Assembly (NCBI RefSeq): GCF_009914755.1
Contig: NC_060948.1
Direction: 5' to 3' (one strand)
DNA: 64,000 bases
Source of the DNA: the human T2T-CHM13v2.0 reference genome, Homo sapiens
The translations under genes and the position numbers were made by a program. The notes beneath the pieces were generated by a model that saw only the letters and a program-made list of their open reading frames with translations, did not search any database and had not been told where the DNA came from. Below, one piece after another: positions 1-13,503 of the stretch; within the stretch, counting starts at the first letter, position 1; each line of letters begins with the position of its first letter.

Positions 1-1104
1 GATGCCATTCCATTTGATGCCATTCCATGACATTCCATTCCATTCGAGTCCATTCCGTTCCAATTCATTCCATTCCGTTTCATGAAATTCGAGTCCTTTC
101 CAGTACATTTCATTCCAATCCCATCCAATCCCATCTACTCCATTCAATTCCTTTCCATTCCATTTGATTTGATTCCATTGACTTGATTCCATTCATTTTG
201 ATTCCATTCCTTGAAATTTCGTTCCATTCTATTCCATTGCATTACTTTCCATTCCATTCCATTCCATTTCATTTCAGTCCATTCGCTTCCTTTCCTTTCG
301 ATTCAATTCCATTTGATTCCACTCCATTCTATGCGATTTCATTCCAATCGATTCAATTCCATTCGATGACATTCCTTTCGTTTCCATTCCATTCGAGTCC
401 ATTCAATTTGAGCATTCGTGTCCATTCTATTCGAGTCCATTCCATTACCGTCTATTCTATTCCCTTCCATTCCTGTTGATTCAATTTCATTCCCTTCCAT
501 TCGATTCCTTTCCATTCGATTCCATTCCTTTCCATTCCATTCCATTCGTTCCCATTCCATGTGATTTCATTCCATTCCAGTCCATTATATTCGAGTCCAC
601 TCCACTCCATTCTATTACATTCAATTCCTTTTGAGTCCGTTCCATAACACTCCATTCATTTCGATTCCATTTCTTGCCAGTTTTCTTCCATTTTATTCCT
701 TTCCGTTCGATTCCATTCCATTCGATTGCATTCCATTCGAATCCTTTCCATTCCATTTCATTCCATTCCTTTCTATTCCATTCCATTTCATTCGATTTGA
801 TTCCATTCTGTTCTATTCCATTCAATTCTTTTTCATTCCATTCGAATCCTTTCTATTGCAGTCCATTCCAATCCCTTCCATTCCATTCCATTACAGTCCA
901 TTCCAATAGATTCCATTCCTTTGCCTTCCATTCGAATCCATTCCATTCTAGTCCATTCCATTTGAGTCAATTCCATTCCATTCCATTCTATTCCTTTCCA
1001 ATCCATTCGATTCCATTCGATTCAATTCCATTTGATTCTCTTTCATTCTATTTTATTCCATGCCATTTGATTGCATTGCATTCCATTCCGTTTGATTCCA
1101 GTCC

Positions 1105-1119
1105 ATTCAAGAAAGTTCC
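1105..1119. promoter_or_regulatory. Perfect 3-unit heat-shock element motif (aTTCa aGAAa gTTCc), recurring once per monomer
   Basis: Exact match to the HSF consensus nTTCnnGAAnnTTCn; also at 4673, 8246, 11810, 39425 etc. Motif match only; binding is not shown. Confidence 0.55.
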
Positions 1120-2130
1120 ATTCCAGTCCATTGCTTTCCAGTCCATTCCATTCCACTCTAGTCTATTCCACTCCATTCCTTTCCATTCCATTCCATACTA
1201 TTCCATTCCATTCCTTTGCATTCCGTTTCCAATCTATTCGAGTCCATTGCATTCCACTCCAATCCATTCGATTACATTCCTTTTGATTCCCTGCCAGTCG
1301 ATTGCATTGCATACTACACCATTCCAAAGGAGTCCATTCCATTCTATCTCAAAACTTTCCATTCCACTCTGTTCGAGTCCATTCCATTCCAGTCCATTTA
1401 ATTCAAGGGCATTCCATTCCATTCCATTCCATTCCATTTCATATTATTCCATTCCATTCAATTCCATTCCAGATGATTCCATTCCATTCTATACCATTGC
1501 TCTCTGTTCCATTCCATTCCATCTGTCTCCATTCCTTTCGTTTCGATTCCTTTCCATTCCATTCCATTACATTTGATCCTATTTTATTAAATTGCATTCT
1601 ATTCGAGTGATTTCCATTCGAGTCCTTTCCATTCGATTCCATTCCATTCTATTCCATTCCTTTGGATTCCATTCTATTCCGTTCCGTTCACATCAATTCC
1701 TTGCGATTCCATTACATTCGATTTCTTGCCATTCGATTCCATTCCTTTTGACTCCATTTCATTCGATTCCATTCCATTCCATTAATTTCCATTCCATTCG
1801 AGACCTTTCCATTGCAGTCTTTTCCCTTCGAGTCCATTCCGTTCGATTCCCTTCCATTCGATTCCATTCCATTGGAGTCTGTACCAGTCGAGTCCATTCT
1901 ATTCCAGTCCATTAGTTTCGACTCCATTGCATTCGAGTGCATTCCATTCCGTGGCTGTCCATTCCATTCCGTTTGATGCCATTCCATACGATTCATTTCA
2001 ATTCGAGACCATTCTATTCCTGTCCATTCCTTGTGGTTCGATTCCATTTCACTCTAGTCCATTCCATTCCATTCAATTCCATTCGACTCTATTCCGTTCC
2101 ATTCAATTCCATTCCATTCGATTCCATTTT

Positions 2131-2145
2131 TTTCGAGAACCTTCC
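2131..2145. promoter_or_regulatory. Perfect 3-unit heat-shock element motif (tTTCg aGAAc cTTCc), present in most monomers
   Basis: Exact consensus match; disrupted in the monomers at ~27117, ~34254 and ~47534 (ttgtcgag). Motif match only. Confidence 0.5.
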
Positions 2146-2410
2146 ATTACACTCCCTTCCATTCCAGTGCATTCCATTCCAGTCTTTTCAGTTCGATTCC
2201 ATTCCATTCGTTTCGATTCCTTTCCATTCCAGCCCATTCCATTCCATTCCATTCCTTTCCTTTCCGTTTCATTAGATTCCATTGCATTCCATTCCATTCA
2301 ATTCAATTCCGTGCTATTCAATTTGATTCACTTCCATTTAATTCCATTCCATTAGATTCCATTCCGTACGATTCCATTCCTTTTGAATCCATTCCATTGG
2401 AGTCCATTCA

Positions 2411-2425
2411 CTTCCAGAACATTCC
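2411..2425. promoter_or_regulatory. Perfect 3-unit heat-shock element motif (cTTCc aGAAc aTTCc), recurring once per monomer
   Basis: Exact consensus match, retained in the divergent monomers too (~40725, ~44269). Motif match only. Confidence 0.55.
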
Positions 2426-3142
2426 ATTCCAGTCGAATCCATTCGAGTACATTCCATTAAAGTTCATTACATTCTAATACATTCCATTCCATTGCATTGC
2501 ATTCCATTCCATTCGATGCCATTCGATTCCATTCCATGCCAAATCATTGCATTCCTTTCCATTCCGTTCCTATCAATTCCATTCCATTCGATTTAGTTCG
2601 ATTCTATTCACTTCCATTCCATTCGATTCCATTCCATTGGAGTCAATTCCTTTCGACACCCAGCCTTTGCAGTCAATGATTTTGGATTCCATTTTTTTGC
2701 ATTCCATTACATTCTATGACATTCGATTCCGTTTCATTGCATTCCATTCCATACATTTTTAGTCCATTCGAGACCGTAGCATTCCACTTTATTCCAGGCC
2801 TGTCCATTACACTACATTCCCTTCCATTCCAATGAATTCCATTCCATTCCAATCCATTCCTTTCCTTTCGCTTGCATTCCATTCTATTCCCTTCTACTGC
2901 ATACAATTTCACTCATTCGTTCCCATTCCATTCAATTCCATTCCATTCAATTCCATTCCATTTGTTTCCATTCTCTTCGATTCCATTTCTTTATATTCCA
3001 TGCCATTCGATTCCATTCTATTGGATTGCATTACATTCGTGTTCATTCCATTCCAGACCATTCCATTTGACTCCATTCCTTTCGAGCCCTTTCAATTTGA
3101 GTCCATTCCTTTCCAGTCCATTTCACTCCAGTCCATTACTAT

Positions 3143-3237
3143 CCATTCCATCCCATTCCATCCCATTCCATTCCATTCCATTCCATTCCATTCCATTCCG
3201 TTCCATTCCATTGCATTCCATTCCATTCCATTCCATT
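3143..3237 (+). repeat. Near-pure (CCATT)n microsatellite-like tract, length-variable between monomers
   Basis: Longest run of perfect pentamers in the monomer; homologous tracts at ~17403-17517 (long) and ~35271-35325 (short). Confidence 0.85.
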
Positions 3238-6200
3238 GCAGTGCACTCCATTCCATTACATTCTACTCTATCTGAGTCGGTTTTATTGCATTAGATTCTA
3301 TTCCATTGGATTACTTTCCATTCGATTACATTCCATTCATGTACATTCCATTCCAGTCAATTACATTCGAGTTCATTACATTACATTCCAGTATATTCCA
3401 TTGTATTCGATCCCATTCCTTTCAATTCCATTTCATTCGACTCCATTATATTCGATTCCATTCCACTCGAATCCATTCCATTAGAGGACATTCCATTCCA
3501 ATGCATTCCATTCCATTCCATCACATTCCATTGCATTCGATTCCATTCCATTTGATGCCATTCCATTTGATGCCATTCCATGACATTCCATTCCATTCGA
3601 GTCCATTCCGTTCCAATTCATTCCATTCCGTTTCATGAAATTCGAGTCCTTTCCAGTACATTTCATTCCAATCCCATCCAATCCAATCTACTCCATTCAA
3701 TTCCTTTCCATTCCATTTGATTTGATTCCATTGATTTGATTCCATTCAGTTTGATTCCATTCCGTGAAATTTCGTTCCATTCTATTCCATTGCATTACTT
3801 TCCATTCAATTCCATTCCATTTCATTTCAGTCCATTCGCTTCCTTTCCTTTCGATTCAATTCCATTTGATTCCACTCCATTCTATGCGATTTCATTCCAA
3901 TCGATTCAATTCCATTGGATGACATTCCTTTCGTTTCCATTCCTTTCGAGTCCATTCAATTTGAGCATTCGTGTCCATTCTATTCGAGTCCATTCCATTA
4001 CCGTCTATTCTATTCCCTTCCATTCCTGTTGATTCAATTTCATTCCCTTCCATTCGATTCCTTTCCATTCGATTCCATTCCTTTCCATTCCATTCCATTC
4101 GTTCCCATTCCATGTGATTTCATTCCATTCCAGTCCATTATATTCGAGTCCACTCCACTCCATTCTATTACATTCAATTCCTTTTGAGTCCGTTCCATAA
4201 CACTCCATTCATTTCGATTCCATTTCTTGCCAGTTTTCTTCCATTTTATTCCATTCCGTTCGATTCCATTCCATTCGATTGCATTCCATTCGAATCCTTT
4301 CCATTCCATTTCATTCCATTCCTTTCTATTCCATTCCATTTCATTCGATTTGATTCCATTCTGCTCTATTCCATTCAATTCTTTTTCATTCCATTCGAAT
4401 CCTTTCTATTGCAGTCCATTCCATTCGAGTCCATTCCAATCCCTTCCATTCCATTCCATTACAGTCCATTCCAATAGATTCCATTCCTTTGCCTTCCATT
4501 CGAATCCATTCCATTCTAGTCCATTCCATTTGAGTCAATTCCATTCCATTCCATTCTATTCCTTTCCAATCCATTCGATTCCATTCGATTCAATTCCATT
4601 TGATTCTCTTTCATTCTATTTTATTCCATGCCATTTGATTGCATTGCATTCCATTCCGTTGGATTCCAGTCCATTCAAGAAAGTTCCATTCCAGTCCATT
4701 GCTTTCCAGTCCATTCCATTCCACTCTAGTCTATTCCACTCCATTCCTTTCCATTCCATTCCATACTATTCCATTCCATTCCTTTGCATTCCGTTTCCAA
4801 TCTATTCGAGTCCATTGCATTCCAGTCCAATCCATTCCATTACATTCCTTTTGATTCCCTGCCAGTCGATTGCATTGCATACTACACCATTCCAAAGGAG
4901 TCCATTCCATTCTATCTCAACACTTTCCATTCCACTCTGTTCGAGTCCATTCCATTCCAGTCCATTTAATTCAAGGGCATTCCATTCCATTCCATTCCAT
5001 TCCATTTCATATTATTCCATTCCATTCAATTCCATTCCAGATGATTCCATTCCATTCTATACCATTGCTCTCTGTTCCATTCCATTCCATCTGTCTCCAT
5101 TCCTTTCGTTTCGATTCCTTTCCATTCCATTCCATTCCATTTGATCCTATTTTATTAAGTTGCATTCTATTCGAGTGATTTCCATTCGAGTCCTTTCCAT
5201 TCGATTCCATTCCATTCTATTCCATTCCTTTGGATTCCATTCCATTCCGTTCCGTTCACATCAATTAATTGCGATTCCATTACATTCGATTTCTTGCCAT
5301 TTGATTCCATTCCTTTTGACTCCATTTCATTCGATTCCATTCCATTCCATTAATTTCCATTCCATTCGAGACCTTTCCATTGCAGTCTTTTCCCTTCGAG
5401 TCCATTCCGTTCGATTCCCTTCCATTCGATTCCATTCCATTGGAGTCCGTACCAGTCGAGTCCATTCTATTCCAGTCCATTAGTTTCGACTCCATTGCAT
5501 TCGAGTGCATTCCATTCCGTGGCTGTCCATTCCATTCCGTTTGATGCCATTCCATACGATTCCGTTCAATTCGAGACCATTCTATTCCTGTCCATTCCTT
5601 GTGGTTCGATTCCATTTCACTCTAGTCCATTCCATTCCATTCAATTCCATTCGACTCTATTCCGTTCCATTCAATTCCATTCCATTCGATTCCATTTTTT
5701 TCGAGAACCTTCCATTACACTCCCTTCCATTCCAGTGCATTCCATTCCAGTCTCTTCAGTTCGATTCCATTCCATTCGTTTCGATTCCTTTCCATTCCAG
5801 CCCATTCCATTCCATTCCATTCCTTTCCTTTCCGTTTCATTAGATTCCATTGCATTCCATTCCATTCAATTCAATTCCGTGCTATTCAATTTGATTCACT
5901 TCCATTTAATTCCATTCCATTAGATTCCATTCCGTACGATTCCATTCCTTTTGAATCCATTCCATTGGAGTCCATTCACTTCCAGAACATTCCATTCCAG
6001 TCGAATCCATTCGAGTACATTCCATTAAAGTTCATTACATTCTAATACATTCCATTCCATTGCATTCCATTCCATTCCATTCGATGCCATTCGATTCCAT
6101 TCCATGCCAAATCATTGCATTCCTTTCCATTCCGTTCCTATCAATTCCATTCCATTCGATTTAGTTCGATTCTATTCACTTCCATTCCATTCGATTCCAT

Positions 6201-9200
6201 TCCATTGGAGTCAATTCCTTTCGACACCCAGCCTTTCCAGTCAATGATTTTGGATTCCATTTTTTTGCATTCCATTACATTCTATGACATTCGATTCCGT
6301 TTCATTGCATTCCATTCCATACATTTTTAGTCCATTCGAGACCGTAGCATTCCACTTTATTCCAGGCCTGTCCATTACACTACATTCCCTTCCATTCCAA
6401 TGAATTCCATTCCATTCCAATCCATTCCTTTCCTTTCGCTTGCATTCCATTCTATTCCCTTCTACTGCATACAATTTCACTCATTCGTTCCCATTCCATT
6501 CAATTCCATTCCATTCAATTCCATTCCATTTGTTTCCATTCTCTTCGATTCCATTTCTTTATATTCCATGCCATTCGAATCCATTCTATTGGATTGCATT
6601 ACATTCGTGTTCATTCCATTCCAGACCATTCCATTTGACTCCATTCCTTTCGAGCCCTTTCAATTTGAGTCCATTCCTTTCCAGTCCATTTCACTCCAGT
6701 CCATTACTATCCATTCCATCCCATTCCATCCCATTCCATTCCATTCCATTCCATTCCATTCCATTCCATTCCGTTCCATTCCATTGCATTCCATTCCATT
6801 CCATTCCATTGCACTGCACTCCATTCCATTACATTCTACTCTATCTGAGTCGGTTTTATTGCATTAGATTCTATTCCATTGGATTACTTTCCATTCGATT
6901 ACATTCCATTCATGTACATTCCATTCCAGTCAATTACATTCGAGTTCATTACATTACATTCCAGTATATTCCATTGTATTCGATCCCATTCCTTTCAATT
7001 CCATTTCATTCGACTCCATTATATTCGATTCCATTCCACTCGAATCCATTCCATTAGAGGACATTCCATTCCAATGCATTCCATTCCATTCCATCACATT
7101 CCATTGCATTCGATTCCATTCCATTTGATGCCATTCCATTTGATGCCATTCCATGACATTCCATTCCATTCGAGTCCATTCCGTTCCAATTCATTCCATT
7201 CCGTTTCATGAAATTCGAGTCCTTTCCAGTACATTTCATTCCAATCCCATCCAATCCAATCTACTCCATTCAATTCCTTTCCATTCCATTTGATTTGATT
7301 CCATTGATTTGATTCCATTCAGTTTGATTCCATTCCGTGAAATTTCGTTCCATTCTATTCCATTGCATTACTTTCCATTCAATTCCATTCCATTTCATTT
7401 CAGTCCATTCGCTTCCTTTCCTTTCGATTCAATTCCATTTGATTCCACTCCATTCTATGCGATTTCATTCCAATCGATTCAATTCCATTGGATGACATTC
7501 CTTTCGTTTCCATTCCTTTCGAGTCCATTCAATTTGAGCATTCGTGTCCATTCTATTCGAGTCCATTCCATTACCGTCTATTCTATTCCCTTCCATTCCT
7601 GTTGATTCAATTTCATTCCCTTCCATTCGATTCCTTTCCATTCGATTCCATTCCTTTCCATTCCATTCCATTCGTTCCCATTCCATGTGATTTCATTCCA
7701 TTCCAGTCCATTATATTCGAGTCCACTCCACTCCATTCTATTACATTCAATTCCTTTTGAGTCCGTTCCATAACACTCCATTCATTTCGATTCCATTTCT
7801 TGCCAGTTTTCTTCCATTTTATTCCATTCCGTTCGATTCCATTCCATTCGATTGCATTCCATTCGAATCCTTTCCATTCCATTTCATTCCATTCCTTTCT
7901 ATTCCATTCCATTTCATTCGATTTGATTCCATTCTGTTCTATTCCATTCAATTCTTTTTCATTCCATTCGAATCCTTTCTATTGCAGTCCATTCCATTCG
8001 AGTCCATTCCAATCCCTTCCATTCCATTCCATTACAGTCCATTCCAATAGATTCCATTCCTTTGCCTTCCATTCGAATCCATTCCATTCTAGTCCATTCC
8101 ATTTGAGTCAATTCCATTCCATTCCATTCTATTCCTTTCCAATCCATTCGATTCCATTCGATTCAATTCCATTTGATTCTCTTTCATTCTATTTTATTCC
8201 ATGCCATTTGATTGCATTGCATTCCATTCCGTTGGATTCCAGTCCATTCAAGAAAGTTCCATTCCAGTCCATTGCTTTCCAGTCCATTCCATTCCACTCT
8301 AGTCTATTCCACTCCATTCCTTTCCATTCCATTCCATACTATTCCATTCCATTCCTTTGCATTCCGTTTCCAATCTATTCGAGTCCATTGCATTCCAGTC
8401 CAATCCATTCCATTACATTCCTTTTGATTCCCTGCCAGTCGATTGCATTGCATACTACACCATTCCAAAGGAGTCCATTCCATTCTATCTCAACACTTTC
8501 CATTCCACTCTGTTCGAGTCCATTCCATTCCAGTCCATTTAATTCAAGGGCATTCCATTCCATTCCATTCCATTCCATTTCATATTATTCCATTCCATTC
8601 AATTCCATTCCAGATGATTCCATTCCATTCTATACCATTGCTCTCTGTTCCATTCCATTCCATCTGTCTCCATTCCTTTCGTTTCGATTCCTTTCCATTC
8701 CATTCCATTCCATTTGATCCTATTTTATTAAGTTGCATTCTATTCGAGTGATTTCCATTCGAGTCCTTTCCATTCGATTCCATTCCATTCTATTCCATTC
8801 CTTTGGATTCCATTCCATTCCGTTCCGTTCACATCAATTAATTGCGATTCCATTACATTCGATTTCTTGCCATTTGATTCCATTCCTTTTGACTCCATTT
8901 CATTCGATTCCATTCCATTCCATTAATTTCCATTCCATTCGAGACCTTTCCATTGCAGTCTTTTCCCTTCGAGTCCATTCCGTTCGATTCCCTTCTATTC
9001 GATTCCATTCCATTGGAGTCCGTACCAGTCGAGTCCATTCTATTCCAGTCCATTAGTTTCGACTCCATTGCATTCGAGTGCATTCCATTCCGTGGCTGTC
9101 CATTCCATTCCGTTTGATGCCATTCCATACGATTCCATTCAATTCGAGACCATTCTATTCCTGTCCATTCCTTGCGGTTCGATTCCATTTCACTCTAGTC

Positions 9201-9939
9201 CATTCCATTCCATTCAATTCCATTCGACTCTATTCCGTTCCATTCAATTCCATTCCATTCGATTCCATTTTTTTCGAGAACCTTCCATTACACTCCCTTC
9301 CATTCCAGTGCATTCCATTCCAGTCTCTTCAGTTCGATTCCATTCCATTCGTTTAGATTCCTTTCCATTCCAGCCCATTCCATTCCATTCCATTCCTTTC
9401 CTTTCCGTTTCATTAGATTCCATTGCATTCCATTCCATTCAATTCAATTCCGTGCTATTCAATTTGATTCACTTCCATTTAATTCCATTCCATTAGATTC
9501 CATTCCGTACGATTCCATTCCTTTTGAATCCATTCCATTGGAGTCCATTCACTTCCAGAACATTCCATTCCAGTCGAATCCATTCGAGTACATTCCATTA
9601 AAGTTCATTACATTCTAATACATTCCATTCCATTGCATTCCATTCCATTCCATTCGATGCCATTCGATTCCATTCCATGCCAAATCATTGCATTCCTTTC
9701 CATTCCGTTCCTATCAATTCCATTCCATTCGATTTAGTTCGATTCTATTCACTTCCATTCCATTCGATTCCATTCCATTGGAGTCAATTCCTTTCGACAC
9801 CCAGCCTTTGCAGTCAATGATTTTGGATTCCATTTTTTTGCATTCCATTACATTCTATGACATTCGATTCCGTTTCATTGCATTCCATTCCATACATTTT
9901 TATTCCATTCGAGACCGTAGCATTCCACTTTATTCCAGG

Positions 9940-12900
9940 CCTGTCCATTACACTACATTCCCTTCCATTCCAATGAATTCCATTCCATTCCAATCCATTC
10001 CTTTCCTTTCGCTTGCATTCCATTCTATTCCCTTCTACTGCATACAATTTCACTCCATTCGTTCCCATTCCATTCAATTCCATTCCATTCAATTCCATTC
10101 CATTTGTTTCCATTCTCTTCGATTCCATTTCTTTATATTCCATGCCATTCGATTCCATTCTAATGGATTGCATTACATTCGTGTTCATTCCATTCCAGAC
10201 CATTCCATTTGACTCCATTCCTTTCGAGCCCTTTCAATTTGAGTCCATTCCTTTCCAGTCCATTTCACTCCAGTCCATTACTATCCATTCCATCCCATTC
10301 CATCCCATTCCATTCCATTCCATTCCATTCCATTCCATTCCATTCCATTGCATTCCATTCCATTCCATTCCATTGCACTGCACTCCATTCCATTACATTC
10401 TACTCTATCTGAGTCGGTTTTATTGCATTAGATTCTATTCCATTGGATTACTTTCCATTCGATTACATTCCATTCATGTACATTCCATTCCAGTCAATTA
10501 CATTCGAGTTCATTACATTACATTCCAGTATATTCCATTGTATTCGATCCCATTCCTTTCAATTCCATTTCATTCGACTCCATTATATTCGATTCCATTC
10601 CACTCGAATCCATTCCATTAGAGGACATTCCATTCCAATGCATTCCATTCCATTCCATAACATTCCATTGCATTCGATTCCATTCCATTTGATGCCATTC
10701 CATTTGATGCCATTCCATGACATTCCATTCCATTCGAGTCCATTCCGTTCCAATTCATTCCATTCCTTTTCATGAAATTCGAGTCCTTTCCAGTACATTT
10801 CATTCCAATCCCATCCAATCCAATCTACTCCATTCAATTCCTTTCCATTCCATTTGATTAGATTCCATTGATTTGATTCCATTCAGTTTGATTCCATTCC
10901 GTGAAATTTCGTTCCATTCTATTCCATTGCATTACTTTCCATTCAATTCCATTCCATTTCATTTCAGTCCATTCGCTTCCTTTCCTTTCGATTCAATTCC
11001 ATTTGATTCCACTCCATTCTATGCGATTTCATTCCAATCGATTCAATTCCATTCGATGACATTCCTTTCGTTTCCATTCCATTCGAGTCCATTCAATTTG
11101 AGCATTCGTGTCCATTCTATTCGAGTCCATTCCATTACCGTCTATTCTATTCCCTTCCATTCCTGTTGATTCAATTTCATTCCCTTCTATTCGATTCCTT
11201 TCCATTCGATTCCATTCCTTTCCATTCCATTCCATTCGTTCCCATTCCATCTGATTTCATTCCATTCCAGTCCATTATATTCGAGTCCACTCCACTCCAT
11301 TCTATTACATTCAATTCCTTTTGAGTCCGTTCCATAACACTCCATTAATTTCGATTCCATTTCTTGCCAGTTTTCTTCCATTTTATTCCATTCCGTTCGA
11401 TTCCATTCCATTCGATTGCATTCCATTCGAATCCTTTCCATTCCATTTCATTCCATTCCTTTCTATTCCATTCCATTTCATTCGATTTGATTCCATTCTG
11501 TTCTATTCCATTCAATTCTTTTTCATTCCATTCGAATCCTTTCTATTGCAGTCCATTCCATTCGAGTCCATTCCAGTCCCTTCCATTCCATTCCATTACA
11601 GTCCATTGCAATAGATTCCATTCCTTTGCCTTCCATTCGAATCCATTCCATTCTAGTCCATTCCATTTGAGTCAATTCCATTCCATTCCATTCTATTCCT
11701 TTCCAATCCATTCGATTCCATTCGATTCAATTCCATTTGATTCTCTTTCATTCTATTTTATTCCATGCCATTTGATTGCATTGCATTCCATTCCGTTTGA
11801 TTCCAGTCCATTCAAGAAAGTTCCATTCCAGTCCATTGCTTTCCAGTCTATTCCATTCCACTCTAGTCTATTCCACTCCATTCCTTTCCATTCCATTCCA
11901 TACTATTCCATTCCATTCCTTTGCATTCCGTTTCCAATCTATTCGAGTCCATTGCATTCCAGTCCAATCCATTCGATTACATTCCTTTTGATTCCCTGCC
12001 AGTCGATTGCATTGCATACTACACCATTCCAAAGGAGTCCATTCCATTCTATCTCAACACTTTCCATTCCACTCTGTTCGAGTCCATTCCATTCCAGTCC
12101 ATTTAATTCAAGGGCATTCCATTCCATTCCATTCCATTCCATTTCATATTATTCCATTCCATTCAATTCCATTCCAGATGATTCCATTCCATTCTATACC
12201 ATTGCTCTCTGTTCCATTCCATTCCATCTGTCTCCATTCCTTTCGTTTCGATTCCTTTCCATTCCATTCCATTACATTTGATCCTATTTTATTAAATTGC
12301 ATTCTATTCGAGTGATTTCCATTCGAGTCCTTTCCATTCGATTCCATTCCATTCTATTCCATTCCTTTGGATTCCATTCCATTCCGTTCCGTTCACATCA
12401 ATTCCTTGCGATTCCATTACATTCGATTTCTTGCCATTCGATTCCATTCCTTTTGACTCCATTTCATTCGATTCCATTCCATTCCATTAATTTCCATTCC
12501 ATTCGAGACCTTTCCATTGCAGTCTTTTCCCTTCGAGTCCATTCCGTTCGATTCCCTTCCATTCGATTCCATTCCATTGGAGTCCGTACCAGTCGAGTCC
12601 ATTCTATTCCAGTCCATTAGTTTCGACTCCATTGCATTCGAGTGCATTCCATTCCGTGGCTGTCCATTCCATTCCGTTTGATGCCATTCCATACGATTCC
12701 ATTCAATTCGAGACCATTCTATTCCTGTCCATTCCTTGCGGTTCGATTCCATTTCACTCTAGTCCATTCCATTCCATTCAATTCCATTCGACTCTATTCC
12801 GTTCCATTCAATTCCATTCCATTCGATTCCATTTTTTTCGAGAACCTTCCATTACACTCCCTTCCATTCCAGTGCATTCCATTCCAGTCTCTTCAGTTCG

Positions 12901-13503
12901 ATTCCATTCCATTCGTTTAGATTCCTTTCCATTCCAGCCCATTCCATTCCATTCCATTCCTTTCCTTTCCGTTTCATTAGATTCCATTGCATTCCATTCC
13001 ATTCAATTCAATTCCGTGCTATTCAATTTGATTCACTTCCATTTAATTCCATTCCATTAGATTCCATTCCGTACGATTCCATTCCTTTTGAATCCATTCC
13101 ATTGGAGTCCATTCACTTCCAGAACATTCCATTCCAGTCGAATCCATTCGAGTACATTCCATTAAAGTTCATTACATTCTAATACATTCCATTCCATTGC
13201 ATTCCATTCCATTCCATTCGATGCCATTCGATTCCATTCCATGCCAAATCATTGCATTCCTTTCCATTCCGTTCCTATCAATTCCATTCCATTCGATTTA
13301 GTTCGATTCTATTCACTTCCATTCCATTCGATTCCATTCCATTGGAGTCAATTCCTTTCGACACCCAGCCTTTCCAGTCAATGATTTTGGATTCCATTTT
13401 GTTGCATTCCATTACATTCTATGACATTCGATTCCGTTTCATTGCATTCCATTCCATACATTTTTATTCCATTCGAGACCGTAGCATTCCACTTTATTCC
13501 AGG
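9940..13503 (+). repeat. DYZ1: Canonical-length DYZ1 monomer (HaeIII cut to HaeIII cut, 3564 bp)
   Basis: GGCC at 9938 and 13502 are 3564 bp apart, the classical DYZ1 unit length; an EcoRI site (GAATTC) lies 37 bp after each HaeIII site. Confidence 0.92.

Noticed and set aside
78-92. Additional HSE-like motifs (tttcatgaaattcg; also ccgtgaaatttcg at ~3762)
   Set aside because: Only two correctly spaced nGAAn units; the third is out of register or mismatched.
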